A stretch of 64,000 bases of DNA from Acidobacteriota bacterium (GTDB taxonomy: Bacteria; Acidobacteriota; UBA890; WLXD01), in assembly GCA_029263295.1 (NCBI GenBank), contig JAJCXT010000053.1, positions 3,889-67,888 of the forward strand. Reading direction: 5' to 3'. This document shows, piece after piece, positions 37,405 through 46,742 of the stretch (positions within the stretch are counted from its first letter, which is position 1; the number at the start of each line of letters is the position of its first letter). Below the pieces are notes generated by a model. The model was not told the DNA's origin and did no database searches. It worked only from the letters and a program-made list of their open reading frames with translations. The position numbers and the translations under genes are program-made.

Positions 37405-38367
37405 CTAGGGCAATAGCACGTCCAGAGTGCGCGGAAGTACCGCGAATTCGGCGGGAAGGCGCCCGGGAAACTCTCCGTCGGCCTCGATGAGCGCGTCGCC
37501 GTCCACCCTCAGTGCGGTCACGCTACTAACCTCTACGCCGCGCAGTTGGAGCCGGCGAGGTGAATACGCTTCAGACATCGTGCGTAGCAGGTCAGCCAGG
37601 GTCCCGCGCTCGAATCGCGCGAGATGCAGCAGACCGTCGCGCAGCGTGGCCGCGGGCGCGAGCAACAATCCACCACCGAACCGCGGGCCATTGCAGACCG
37701 ACAGATTGAGCAGATCGTCTGTGGTCTCCGCAGTTCCGGGCTCCGCCCAGACGAACCTCGTCGTCGGCCTCGCTATCACCTCGGGAAGCCCCGCCGCCAC
37801 ATAGGCGAGCGCCCCTGCCTGCTTGAAGAGGCCGCTGTCCTTGACCCTGCGGGCCGATGCGGTGCTGGCGCCCATGTTCGCCGCGTTGAGAAAGAACCGT
37901 TCCAAGGTCCCGCCGTCAGTGGTGCAGCGCACTACGCCAACGTCCACGCGCACCGCGCGGGAAGGCTCCGCTCCGGAGATCCGTGCGGGCAGCCCCAGGC
38001 TGCGCGCGAAGTCACACCCGGTGCCGACGGGAATGACGGCGAGCGCGGGACGCACCCCGGCGTTCGCAGCGAGGATCCCGTTAACGACCTCATGCACGGT
38101 GCCATCACCTCCGACGGCCACCACCACGTCGATACCCTCGGACACGGCCGCGGCCGCGAGACGCTCGGCGTCGCCGCGCCTGGTCGTGGCCCTGACACGC
38201 AGCCGGCCGGGCCACCCCTCGAGCGCCCCGCGCAGCGGCCCGAAGCGCCGCGCCCCGCGGCCACCGCCGGCCGCCGGGTTCACGATGGCCAGGATTCGTC
38301 GCGTTGGCGCTGACTTACCTGTCATTCGAGGTCCATGGCAACAGCCCGATGGGCTTCCTTGACTCAC
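37405..38367 (-). CDS. diacylglycerol/lipid kinase family protein (YegS/BmrU-like)
   Basis: ILAIVNPAAGGGRGARRF...VVAVGGDGTVHEVVNGI...LAVIPVGTGCDFAR. The start may be ATG 38325. Confidence 0.8.
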   Translation of the reverse strand: MSQGSPSGCCHGPRMTGKSAPTRRILAIVNPAAGGGRGARRFGPLRGALEGWPGRLRVRATTRRGDAERLAAAAVSEGIDVVVAVGGDGTVHEVVNGILAANAGVRPALAVIPVGTGCDFARSLGLPARISGAEPSRAVRVDVGVVRCTTDGGTLERFFLNAANMGASTASARRVKDSGLFKQAGALAYVAAGLPEVIARPTTRFVWAEPGTAETTDDLLNLSVCNGPRFGGGLLLAPAATLRDGLLHLARFERGTLADLLRTMSEAYSPRRLQLRGVEVSSVTALRVDGDALIEADGEFPGRLPAEFAVLPRTLDVLLP

Positions 38368-38507
38368 TGGGGGTCCCGCCCTATCGTAGCGGCGCCAGGT
38401 CGAGGAACCAAAACTGCGAAGTTCTTGTCGTCCACCGCACGAGCTCCGGCGCCGTGCGGCTCCGCTTTCAAGCCCCGAATCCGGGATGTCTGAGGCAGCA
38501 GCCTGAC

Positions 38508-39245
38508 ATGATCAGCGAAGCAATTGGACGCGCTGGGCTGGCGCTCAAGGCGATGATCGCCCACATCGTGGGCGCAGCGGGCATCCCCCCGAACGTACTC
38601 ACCCTGTCATCGTTGGTGCCCATGGCCCTGGCGGGGTGGAACCTGGGGCAAGGCAATCTCGGCGCTGCCGCCGCATGGACTCTGGTCGGCGGCGTTCTCG
38701 ACCTGATCGATGGCGCCGTTGCGCGTTTGAGCGGCAAGACGTCCACGTTCGGGGCCGTCCTCGACTCGGTGGTCGATCGCGCCTCGGACACCCTCGTGTA
38801 CGTGGGCGGCATCTATTACTTCCACGTAACAGGGCAGTCGCTGTACGTGATCCTGGGCGCCATTGCTTTGGGCGGAGCGATTGGGGTCTCCTACACCCGA
38901 GCGCGGGCCGAGAACGTCATCCCCGAATGCCGGGTCGGTTTCACCGAACGCGGCGAACGCCTGGGGCTCATCATCTTCGGGCTCTTTCTGGACCGCCTGG
39001 GCCAAGCCTTCATGCTGCTCGCCTTCCTCGCCTGGCTGACAACCGTTCAGCGCCTGCTGCACGCCTATCGCGTGATCGCCCGTGTCGAGCGTGCCGGCGG
39101 CAGCGTCGAGAACCTGCCGGTCGGGCTTGCCATCTGGGGCACCGTAGGCCGCTGGCTCTTCCTGAACTGGCCCCGTGGCTCGTGGCAGTACGATCTGGTC
39201 TGCGCAGCCATCATCGCTGCGCTCTGGTACCTGCCCCAGCTCTGA
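38508..39245 (+). CDS. CDP-alcohol phosphatidyltransferase family protein
   Basis: The motif DLIDGAVARLSGKTSTFGAVLDSVVD matches D-x2-D-G-x2-A-R-x8-G-x3-D-x3-D. Polytopic. The start is trimmed to ATG 38508. Confidence 0.8.
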   Translation: MISEAIGRAGLALKAMIAHIVGAAGIPPNVLTLSSLVPMALAGWNLGQGNLGAAAAWTLVGGVLDLIDGAVARLSGKTSTFGAVLDSVVDRASDTLVYVGGIYYFHVTGQSLYVILGAIALGGAIGVSYTRARAENVIPECRVGFTERGERLGLIIFGLFLDRLGQAFMLLAFLAWLTTVQRLLHAYRVIARVERAGGSVENLPVGLAIWGTVGRWLFLNWPRGSWQYDLVCAAIIAALWYLPQL

Positions 39246-39264
39246 CGGCGGTTCGTTTCCGGGT

Positions 39265-40263
39265 TCAGTGCCCGCGAGTTACTACGAAGGCGGGCAGCTC
39301 GCCCAGGGCCTCACGAGCCTCGCTGGGCGGCAACGCCGCGAGCGCTGTGCGCGCCTGCTCGGCGTACCGAATGGCTACCTCGCGCGTGGCGTCGAACGAA
39401 CCGGCGCGCCGCATCGCGGCTACAACCTGACCGAAACACAGGCCGGTCTCTTCTGCATCGCCCAGCGCCCTGAGCGCCGTAGCGCGCTCGTCTTCTGATC
39501 CGTTCTCGAGCAGATGGATCAACGGGTACGTCATCTTGCCTTCGCGCAGATCTGCACCGACTTGCTTCCCCAGCTGGTCCGCGTCCGCAGCGTAGTCGAG
39601 AAGGTCATCGATCAGCTGGAAGGCAACGCCAATATCGTGGCCGAACGTCTCGAGCGCCGCCTCTTGTTCCTGGCTGACGCCCGCGAGCACGCCCGCCGCC
39701 AGCGTGGATCCGGCAAACAACGAGGCGGTCTTGCGATCGATGATGTCCATGTAGGTCGCGATGTCGAGTTCCGCGTTGCCGTTGTGCAGTACATCGAGCA
39801 TCTCGCCCTCGACGAGACGACTCGTCGCTTCGGTCAGGACCTCGACCAGGCGTAACTTGCCCAGGGACACGCTGAGCGCCAGCGCGCGCGCGTACAGGAA
39901 ATCACCGAACAGCACCGCGAGCTGGTTCCCCCACACGCGATTCGCGGGCTCGCTGCCACGCCGCTTGACCGCGTCATCAACGATGTCATCGTGAACCAAT
40001 GACGCCGTGTGGATGAACTCGACGATCACCCCCAGATCGATATCAGCGTCACCCTTGTAGCCACACGCCTTGGCGCAGAGCGCGACCAGCGCTGGACGTA
40101 GGCGCTTGCCTCCGTTGCCCAGCAGGTACGTCGCCACGTCCTGGATCAACGGAATCTCGGAAGCCTGGAGCTCCCGGATTCGCGCCTCGATCAACTCCAG
40201 GCGATCTTTCGCCAGGTGATACGCGGCGGTCTGCGTGTGGACAGGTTGACCTTGGGAATGCAT
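39265..40263 (-). CDS. polyprenyl diphosphate synthase (IspB/octaprenyl-diphosphate-synthase-like)
   Basis: GGKRLRPALV...FIHTASLVHDDIVDD (first DDxxD) and FQLIDDLLDY (second). The start is trimmed to ATG 40263, just after the lolA stop. Product chain length is unknown. Confidence 0.85.
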   Translation of the reverse strand: MHSQGQPVHTQTAAYHLAKDRLELIEARIRELQASEIPLIQDVATYLLGNGGKRLRPALVALCAKACGYKGDADIDLGVIVEFIHTASLVHDDIVDDAVKRRGSEPANRVWGNQLAVLFGDFLYARALALSVSLGKLRLVEVLTEATSRLVEGEMLDVLHNGNAELDIATYMDIIDRKTASLFAGSTLAAGVLAGVSQEQEAALETFGHDIGVAFQLIDDLLDYAADADQLGKQVGADLREGKMTYPLIHLLENGSEDERATALRALGDAEETGLCFGQVVAAMRRAGSFDATREVAIRYAEQARTALAALPPSEAREALGELPAFVVTRGH

Positions 40264-40273
40264 ACGTGGGGCC

Positions 40274-40954
40274 TCAGTTGCCCAGGTTCTCGACTTCGAC
40301 GCCAGGCGGAATCGTGAACTGAAACAGCTCATCTGCCAAGTCGGCACCGGGTTCGATCTCCGTGAAGCGGAACTCGTTCGGCTCGCCGAAGAGACCGAAA
40401 GATACCAGCCTTACGATGATCGCGGCGTCCGGTTCGACTTCTAACATCAACTGAGAGTAATCCGTGTCCGGCACCAGCGGCTCGAGCAGGAGCTGAATGT
40501 TCCCGGGAGACAGCTTGGTTCGCCACTCCGTGCCCGACACAACGAAGTCCTCGCGCATGTCACCCTGGCCGCTCAGGTACAGCAGCGCGTTGCCCCGCTG
40601 CGCGAACTCGCTCTGCGCTCGTACGTGCACCTGCATCTCTGCGGGCAGATACCAGTAGAGCTTCTCTCCATCTGTCACCAGCACGCGGCCGCTCTCGTCG
40701 TACGCAACGCGCATGCGGCCTGGCGCCCGCATCTGCCAGGAGCCGGTCGCGATCTTCGGGGGCATCCCGGGGCGAGTTTCCTGCCGCTGCTCGAACCGAG
40801 CGCTCATACTCTGGCCGCGGTAGTTCTCCTGCACGCGCGCCAGCAGTTCCTCAACAGGCAGTTCCTGCATCGCGGCACCAGCTTGCCCGGCGCCACCGGT
40901 ACCGGTCACAACCAGTACCAGCAGCACTCCGCACGCGATCCTTCCTCGTCTCAC
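40274..40954 (-). CDS. lolA: outer-membrane lipoprotein carrier protein LolA family
   Basis: 226 aa with a signal peptide. ..ARFEQRQE.......ATGSWQMRAPGRMRVAYDESGRVLVTDGEKLYWYLP.. is the LolA-type open beta-barrel pattern. Confidence 0.7.
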   Translation of the reverse strand: MRRGRIACGVLLVLVVTGTGGAGQAGAAMQELPVEELLARVQENYRGQSMSARFEQRQETRPGMPPKIATGSWQMRAPGRMRVAYDESGRVLVTDGEKLYWYLPAEMQVHVRAQSEFAQRGNALLYLSGQGDMREDFVVSGTEWRTKLSPGNIQLLLEPLVPDTDYSQLMLEVEPDAAIIVRLVSFGLFGEPNEFRFTEIEPGADLADELFQFTIPPGVEVENLGN

Positions 40955-41093
40955 TCGACCTCCACGTCAGCCGTCTGTCCGGGCCAGCCCAGCCTGCCCC
41001 ATCCTGTTAATATAGCTCGATCTGGGCGCTGCCCGCTCTGGCAATTTGCGCCGGCCTTCATCGGTCTCTTCTCGTCTTGCACCAGGCCAGCCT

Positions 41094-41813
41094 ATGTCCG
41101 CACGCACCGTTATCCTGAACACCCTCGATCCCAGCGGTCAGCAGGGTTTGGCGATCGATGTGCAGGCAGCTTTTGAGGCCGGGGCCACCGACGTTATGCC
41201 CATCGCGACCTCAACTCTGGTCGACGGCGCGATGCACGCCGTCGACGCGAAGGTACTCGCGGCGACGCTGGCCGCGGCGTTGGAACACCCTGTTGAAGCG
41301 CTGCTCGTGGGACGCCTCCCGAGTTCCAAGGTCGCTGGCGTGATCGCTGCCGCCCTGGCCCACAACCTGCCCGAGACCATGGTCTTCGCGCCGGGCGAGT
41401 TTGTCCCTTCGCGGGCGTGGTTCGCCGGCTCGGCCGAAAGGCAGCAACGAGCCCACTTTCAGACCCTCACGCGCGAGTGCACCGTGGCGGTAATGACCGC
41501 TGCACAGGTCACGGCGTGGCTGGGCAACGGCGAGCTCGGCAACGAGCAGGCGGGCGAACACCTGTGTTCAGCGGGCGCCTACGCCTCCTGGATCCGCGAC
41601 GCTACGGGTTCTGTGCGTGCACTGGACCACATCATCACCGGCGAGCACAAAGCCGTCCTCGACTATCCTGGTATCAGCGACACCGAGCCCGACAGGATTC
41701 CCGGGGCGCTCACTTCGCTGCTCGCGGGCGGACTGACGCTGGAAGAAGCCGTCGCTGGCGCGCAGCGCCACGCCGCGTGCCCGAACACCAGCGGCGCCGC
41801 GGTTTGTCGTTAG
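41094..41813 (+). CDS. ribokinase-superfamily, ThiD/PdxK-like protein with degenerate active-site motifs
   Basis: VILNTLDPSGQQGLAIDVQAAFEAGA aligns to the ThiD motif AGTDPSGGAGIQADLKTFSALGA. The C-terminal DRIPGALTSLLAGGLTLEEAVAGAQ aligns to THGTGCTLSAA..G..L.EAV..A, but the GTGC anion-hole motif is lost. The start is trimmed to ATG 41094. Confidence 0.45.
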   Translation: MSARTVILNTLDPSGQQGLAIDVQAAFEAGATDVMPIATSTLVDGAMHAVDAKVLAATLAAALEHPVEALLVGRLPSSKVAGVIAAALAHNLPETMVFAPGEFVPSRAWFAGSAERQQRAHFQTLTRECTVAVMTAAQVTAWLGNGELGNEQAGEHLCSAGAYASWIRDATGSVRALDHIITGEHKAVLDYPGISDTEPDRIPGALTSLLAGGLTLEEAVAGAQRHAACPNTSGAAVCR

Positions 41814-41855
41814 GCGGATGCCGCCTCTGGACGACCTGCCGGCGCGAACGCTCCC

Positions 41856-43454
41856 CTACTCGGACTGTTGTTCCGCTCTCTCGGTGAAGCTCGGCACGGA
41901 CTTGGCATCGATCCGCGGGAAGAGTGCCTCGCCTTTCTCGACACCGCCCGCGCTCGAGACAGACAGGAATCGCCGATCACCCGCGTAACGGTAGTCAGCC
42001 AGACTCCCCTCGCCTCCCAACGATTCCCAGAGCACGCTCATCTGACCGGGCATCACGGGAAACAGGAGCGCAGCGAGGCTCTGCAGGATCGATCCTGACG
42101 TGCGCATGACCTCGTCGTACAGCGCACCGGCCGCCGGGTCCTCGTCGCGTTCCTTACACAGGCGCCAGGGCTCCGTGTCCTGGATGAGCTTGTTGGTGGC
42201 AGCCAGGGCCTCCCACAGCCGTCGCAACGCGGTCGCAAAGCCCAACGCAGCGAAGTCGCGCTCGAAGTCCGCGGCCGCGGCGTTGAATCCGTCGATCACC
42301 GGCTGGGTCGCTGCCGTTGGCTCACCCGGGGTGAAAGTGCCGCCATCGCGAGCGACGAGGTTGAGCACCCGCGACGCGAGGTTGCCAAGATCGTTGGCAA
42401 GGTCCGAGTTGATGCGCTCAACCAATCCGGCAGCGGCAAAATCGCCATCCTGACCGAACGGCATCTGCCGCAAGGCGAAGTAACGCAATGCGTCCGCGCC
42501 GAATTCGTCGATCAGCCGATTCGGATCGACGACGTTGCCCATGCTCTTGGACATCTTTTGCCCCTCGAACGTCCACCATCCGTGCGCAAAGATCCTGCGT
42601 GGCAACGGCAACTCCAACGCCATGAGGATCGTCGTCCAGTAGACCGAATGAGTCGTGAGGATGTCCTTGCCGATCAGGTGGTAGTCCGCCGGCCAGAACG
42701 GGCCGTACAGATCGTCGGCCGGTGTCCCGTCGTTCAGGTAACGGAGCGCGGTGCAATAGTTCAGCAACGCATCTACCCAGACATAGCAGACATGGTCGGT
42801 CGCAAACGGTAGCTCCACGCCCCAGCCGAGCCTCGACTTCGGGCGGCTAATCGACAGGTCACCGAGCGGCTGGCGCAGGAACCCGAGTACCTCGTTGCGC
42901 CGCGAGTCAGGCTGGATCACTAACTCACCCGACTCGATCGCACCGACGAGGCGATCCTGAAAGGCACTCATCTTGAAGAAGTAGTTCGACTCCTTCACGA
43001 ACTCCACCTTGCCGGCAGCCTTCAGACGCTCGATCTCAGTGTCATCGGTGACAAACATCTCCTCGCTGACGCTGTACCAGCCTTCGTAGTCCTGCTCGTA
43101 GATCCAGCCGCCATCCCAGAGCTTCCGCAGCGCCGCCTTCACCTGCTCCTTGTGCTCCGGATCGGTGGTGCGGATGAATGCGTCATTGGAAATGTCGAGC
43201 CGCTCCCAGAGGGCGCGGAAGTTCTCGTGCAGCTCGTCGCAGTGCGCCTGTTCGCTCAGCTCACGCGCCGCCGCGGCCTGCGCCACCTTCTGCCCATGCT
43301 CGTCCGTACCCGTAAGAAAGAACACGTCCACCGAACGCATGCGGTGAAACCGCGAGATCGCGTCGGCGGCTATCGTTGTGTACGCGTGCCCCAGGTGAGG
43401 GACATCGTTGACGTAGTAGATCGGCGTGGTGATGTAGAAACGCTCGTCGCCCAT
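41856..43454 (-). CDS. metG: methionine--tRNA ligase (short form, no C-terminal tRNA-binding domain)
   Basis: 532 aa. FYITTPIYYVNDVPHLGHAYT (HIGH) and KMSKSMGN (KMSKS). Confidence 0.95.
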   Translation of the reverse strand: MGDERFYITTPIYYVNDVPHLGHAYTTIAADAISRFHRMRSVDVFFLTGTDEHGQKVAQAAAARELSEQAHCDELHENFRALWERLDISNDAFIRTTDPEHKEQVKAALRKLWDGGWIYEQDYEGWYSVSEEMFVTDDTEIERLKAAGKVEFVKESNYFFKMSAFQDRLVGAIESGELVIQPDSRRNEVLGFLRQPLGDLSISRPKSRLGWGVELPFATDHVCYVWVDALLNYCTALRYLNDGTPADDLYGPFWPADYHLIGKDILTTHSVYWTTILMALELPLPRRIFAHGWWTFEGQKMSKSMGNVVDPNRLIDEFGADALRYFALRQMPFGQDGDFAAAGLVERINSDLANDLGNLASRVLNLVARDGGTFTPGEPTAATQPVIDGFNAAAADFERDFAALGFATALRRLWEALAATNKLIQDTEPWRLCKERDEDPAAGALYDEVMRTSGSILQSLAALLFPVMPGQMSVLWESLGGEGSLADYRYAGDRRFLSVSSAGGVEKGEALFPRIDAKSVPSFTERAEQQSE

Positions 43455-43529
43455 CGCGCTCAGAACTCCGGAATGTGATGCCGCGACAGCGAACAGCGCG
43501 GCGAGTGGGTCAGTCTACTCAACGCGCTC

Positions 43530-44228
43530 CTAAGCTGCCGGCGTCTTATCGCGATATCCGCACAGGTCGCTCACCGCACAGCCGACGCACTGGGGTTTGC
43601 GCGCGTGGCACACCTCGCGACCGTGTCGGATGACGTTCATGTGGAGAACGAAATGCGTGCCATCCGGCACCGCGTCGCGCAATTCGAGGTTGGCGACGGC
43701 CAGGTCACGCGTCTTGTGAATTCCGATTCGATGCAGCACCCGGTATACATGGGTGTCGACCGGGAAGGCGGGCCGCCCCAACGAGAAGAGCAGGATGCAG
43801 TTGGCGCTCTTGGCACCGATGCCCTTGATCGCCGAGAGCTCCAGACGCGCTACCTCGACGTCCATGCCCGCCAGGTGGCTGAGGTCGTAGTCGCCGTGCT
43901 GCTCGCGCACGCGTGCCAACGTCGCTCGGATCCGTTTCGCCTTCACACGATGCAGCCCCCCGGGCCGCAACGCCTCCTCGACGTCGCCGAGCGGCGCCGC
44001 CTCCACATCGGCCCAGTCGGGAAACCTGGACTTCAGCCGCTCCCAGGCGCGGTTGCGATTCGTGTCGCTGGTGTTCTGCGACAGAATCGTCAGAACCAGT
44101 TCGTCGACAGGGTCGAGCTGACGCTGTGGGCGCGGCGTACCGTAGACCTCGACGAGCCGCTCATGCAGCGTCGCGAGAGCGTCGTGCTGCGTGCCCCGGG
44201 CAACAGACCGACGTCGCTTCCGCGCCAC
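43530..44228 (-). CDS. nth: endonuclease III family HhH-GPD DNA glycosylase
   Basis: HhH-GPD (..LSAIKGIGAKSANCILLFSLGRPAFPVDTHVYRV..) and a C-terminal 4Fe-4S-type cluster motif (CHARKPQCVGCAVSDLC). I prefer GTG 44228, because the track start at 44321 overlaps glyQS by 80 nt. Confidence 0.8.
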   Translation of the reverse strand: MARKRRRSVARGTQHDALATLHERLVEVYGTPRPQRQLDPVDELVLTILSQNTSDTNRNRAWERLKSRFPDWADVEAAPLGDVEEALRPGGLHRVKAKRIRATLARVREQHGDYDLSHLAGMDVEVARLELSAIKGIGAKSANCILLFSLGRPAFPVDTHVYRVLHRIGIHKTRDLAVANLELRDAVPDGTHFVLHMNVIRHGREVCHARKPQCVGCAVSDLCGYRDKTPAA

Positions 44229-44241
44229 TGGTCGTCCGCCG

Positions 44242-45630
44242 CTAGCGGTGGATACGCACGGCGAGATACTCGGCCAGGGCGTCGAGTCCGATGCGCTCCT
44301 GTTCCGTCGTATCCCGGTCACGAACCGTCACGGCGTTGTCGTCCAGACTGTCGAAATCAAACGTCACGCAATACGGCGTGCCGACCTCGTCTTCCCGTCG
44401 ATAACGCTTGCCGATGCTGCCGGAGTCGTCGTAGATCGCGTGGAACCGCTTACGCAGATCATCGGCGAGCTTCCTGGCAGGCTCACCGAGCTTCTTGGAA
44501 AGCGGGAATACGGCCACCTGGCGCGGCGCAACATGCGGCGCGAGTCGCAGCACGATCCGTTCCTCGCCGGCGACCTCGTCTACTGCGTAGGCGTCGGCGA
44601 GCACGGTCAGCAGCGTGCGGTCGAGACCTGCCGAGGTCTCGATCACCGAAGGCACGTACTTCTCGTTGCGCGTGGGATCGAAGTACGCCTGGTCCTTGCC
44701 GGAATGCTCGCCGTGCTGAACCAGATCGAAGTTGCCGCGATTGGCTACGCCCTCCAACTCGGCCCAGCCGAACGGGAACTGGTACTCCACATCGGTGGTG
44801 TAGCGCGCGTAGTGCGCCAACTCGTCCGTCGCGTGCTCGCGGCGCCGCAGCCGAGACGGTTCGATCCCTAGATGTTCGTACCAGGCATGCCGTGAATCGA
44901 TCCAGTAGTCGAACCACTCCCGCTCTTCGTCCGGATGCACGAAGAACTCCATCTCCATCTGCTCGAATTCGCGCGAGCGAAAGGTGAAGTTACGCGGCGT
45001 AACCTCGTTGCGGAACGCTTTGCCGACCTGGGCGATGCCGAAAGGCACCTTCTGGCGTGAGGACATCTGCACGTTCTTGAAGTTCACGAAGATCGCCTGA
45101 GCGGTCTCCGGCCGCAGATAGGCCACGGACTTCGAATCGGTCGCTGCCCCCACGTGCGTCTCGAACATCAGGGCGAACTGGCGCGGCTCGGTAAGCTCGC
45201 CGCCGCAGGCGGGACAGCGCGTAGGCAGTTCACCCTCGCCGGGAGGGGAACTGTTGTCGCGATCAGGGAAGATCTCGTCGAGCGTGCCGCCATCGATCGC
45301 GCCCTGGATGAGATGATCGAGCCGGAATCGGCGTTTGCATTCGCGGCAGTCCACCATCATGTCGTAGAAGGACTCCACGTGGCCTGAAGCTTCCCAGACC
45401 CGCGGGTGCATGATGATGGACGCATCCATGCCGACCACGTCCTCGCGCTGCGACACCATCGCCGACCACCAGGAGTCGAAGATCCGGCGGCGCAGCTCGA
45501 CCCCGAGAGGGCCGTAGTCCCAGAAACCGTTCAGCCCCCCGTAGATCTCACTACTCTGGAAGATGTAACCCCGTCGCTTGGACAGCGAAACGAGGGCTTC
45601 GAGGCTTTCGAGTCGGCTTTCGTCGGTCAT
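44242..45630 (-). CDS. glyQS: glycine--tRNA ligase (homodimeric alpha2 type)
   Basis: 462 aa. RRGYIFQSSEIYGGLNGFWDYGPLGVELRRRI, FRNE..PR.F.FR.REF.QME.EFF. Confidence 0.95.
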   Translation of the reverse strand: MTDESRLESLEALVSLSKRRGYIFQSSEIYGGLNGFWDYGPLGVELRRRIFDSWWSAMVSQREDVVGMDASIIMHPRVWEASGHVESFYDMMVDCRECKRRFRLDHLIQGAIDGGTLDEIFPDRDNSSPPGEGELPTRCPACGGELTEPRQFALMFETHVGAATDSKSVAYLRPETAQAIFVNFKNVQMSSRQKVPFGIAQVGKAFRNEVTPRNFTFRSREFEQMEMEFFVHPDEEREWFDYWIDSRHAWYEHLGIEPSRLRRREHATDELAHYARYTTDVEYQFPFGWAELEGVANRGNFDLVQHGEHSGKDQAYFDPTRNEKYVPSVIETSAGLDRTLLTVLADAYAVDEVAGEERIVLRLAPHVAPRQVAVFPLSKKLGEPARKLADDLRKRFHAIYDDSGSIGKRYRREDEVGTPYCVTFDFDSLDDNAVTVRDRDTTEQERIGLDALAEYLAVRIHR

Positions 45631-45653
45631 CAGATGCGGTCTCTCATTTCGAT

Positions 45654-46736
45654 TTAGAGGGAGTCTTCCATGCCGGCCGCGGCGACCTTTTCGCGCAGCG
45701 CCTTGATGTCCTGGGACCGGTCCAGACGGGCAACCAACAGCACGTCGCCCGCCCGCACTATCGCGAGCCCTTCTACGCCAAGCAGAGCAACCTTCTCGCC
45801 GGGCGCGTGGACGAGATTGCCGCTCGCGTCCAACGCCGCCACGCCACCGCGGGCGACGTTACCGCCGTCATCGGCCGGAAGCAGCTCGGCGAGTGCCTCC
45901 CACGAGCCGACGTCCGACCAGTCGAACTGGGCCTCCACACAGGCCACGTTCGTGGCCTGCTCCATGATGCCGTAGTCAATTGAAGTGGCAGGCATCGCTG
46001 CGTAGGCTGCGGCCCGCTCGGCCTCGTCGCTCGCGTCCAGCATGGCCGCTGCGGCGCTGGCGGCCTCAGGGAGATGTTGTTCCATCGCTGCCAGCAGCGC
46101 ACGGGACTCCCAGACGAACATGCCGCTGTTCCACATGAACGTCCCGGCATCGACGTATTCCTGCGCCGTCTTGCTGTCTGGCTTCTCGCGAAATGCCACT
46201 ACGTGGCGAACCGGGGCGGCCGCCTCCGGATCGATCTCCAGCGCTGCCGCCACTTCCACATAACCGTAGCCCGTCTCCGCGTAACGAGGCGGAACGCCGA
46301 AGGTCACGAGCGCACCCGTGCGCGCCGCCGCGCAGGCGGCCTCGGCCGAGCGTCGCAATCCATCGACGTCCTCGATGACATGGTCTGCCGGAAAGACCAG
46401 CATCAGCGAATCCGGGTCACGACGCTGCAACTCTGCCGCGGTCCAGGCGAGGCACGGCGCGGTGTTGCGTGCCTCCGGTTCGGCCAGCAGGTTGGCGGCC
46501 GGCAGGTCGGGCAGCTGCGCACGCGTCAGATCAGCGTAGCGCGCCCCGGTCACAACGAGGATCCGCTGTGGGTCGCCCACCAATGCCAGGCACCGGTTCC
46601 AGGTCTGCAGCATCATCGATTCATCGCCGATGATCGACAGGAACTGTTTGGGGTGGTCGTTACGCGACAGAGGCCAGAACCGTGTGCCGCTGCCACCTGC
46701 CATGATCACCGCATAGGCGTTCGCATCCAGTGCCAT
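45654..46736 (-). CDS. mannose-1-phosphate guanylyltransferase
   Basis: 360 aa. AVIMAGGSGTRFWPLSR...PKQFL nucleotidyltransferase N-terminus. No C-terminal PMI/cupin domain. Confidence 0.85.
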   Translation of the reverse strand: MALDANAYAVIMAGGSGTRFWPLSRNDHPKQFLSIIGDESMMLQTWNRCLALVGDPQRILVVTGARYADLTRAQLPDLPAANLLAEPEARNTAPCLAWTAAELQRRDPDSLMLVFPADHVIEDVDGLRRSAEAACAAARTGALVTFGVPPRYAETGYGYVEVAAALEIDPEAAAPVRHVVAFREKPDSKTAQEYVDAGTFMWNSGMFVWESRALLAAMEQHLPEAASAAAAMLDASDEAERAAAYAAMPATSIDYGIMEQATNVACVEAQFDWSDVGSWEALAELLPADDGGNVARGGVAALDASGNLVHAPGEKVALLGVEGLAIVRAGDVLLVARLDRSQDIKALREKVAAAGMEDSL

Positions 46737-46742
46737 GGGTCG

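Noticed and set aside
41814-41855. Small hairpin ggcgg-atg-ccgcc between the convergent ThiD-like gene and metG, as a bidirectional terminator
   Set aside because: The 5-bp stem has no flanking T/A runs and is too weak to call.
43605-44987. 460-aa plus-strand ORF, one of the longest in the track
   Set aside because: It lies antisense to the well-supported nth and glyQS genes. Its Arg/Pro/His/Ala-rich, low-complexity composition is typical of shadow frames in high-GC DNA, and I recognised no motif.
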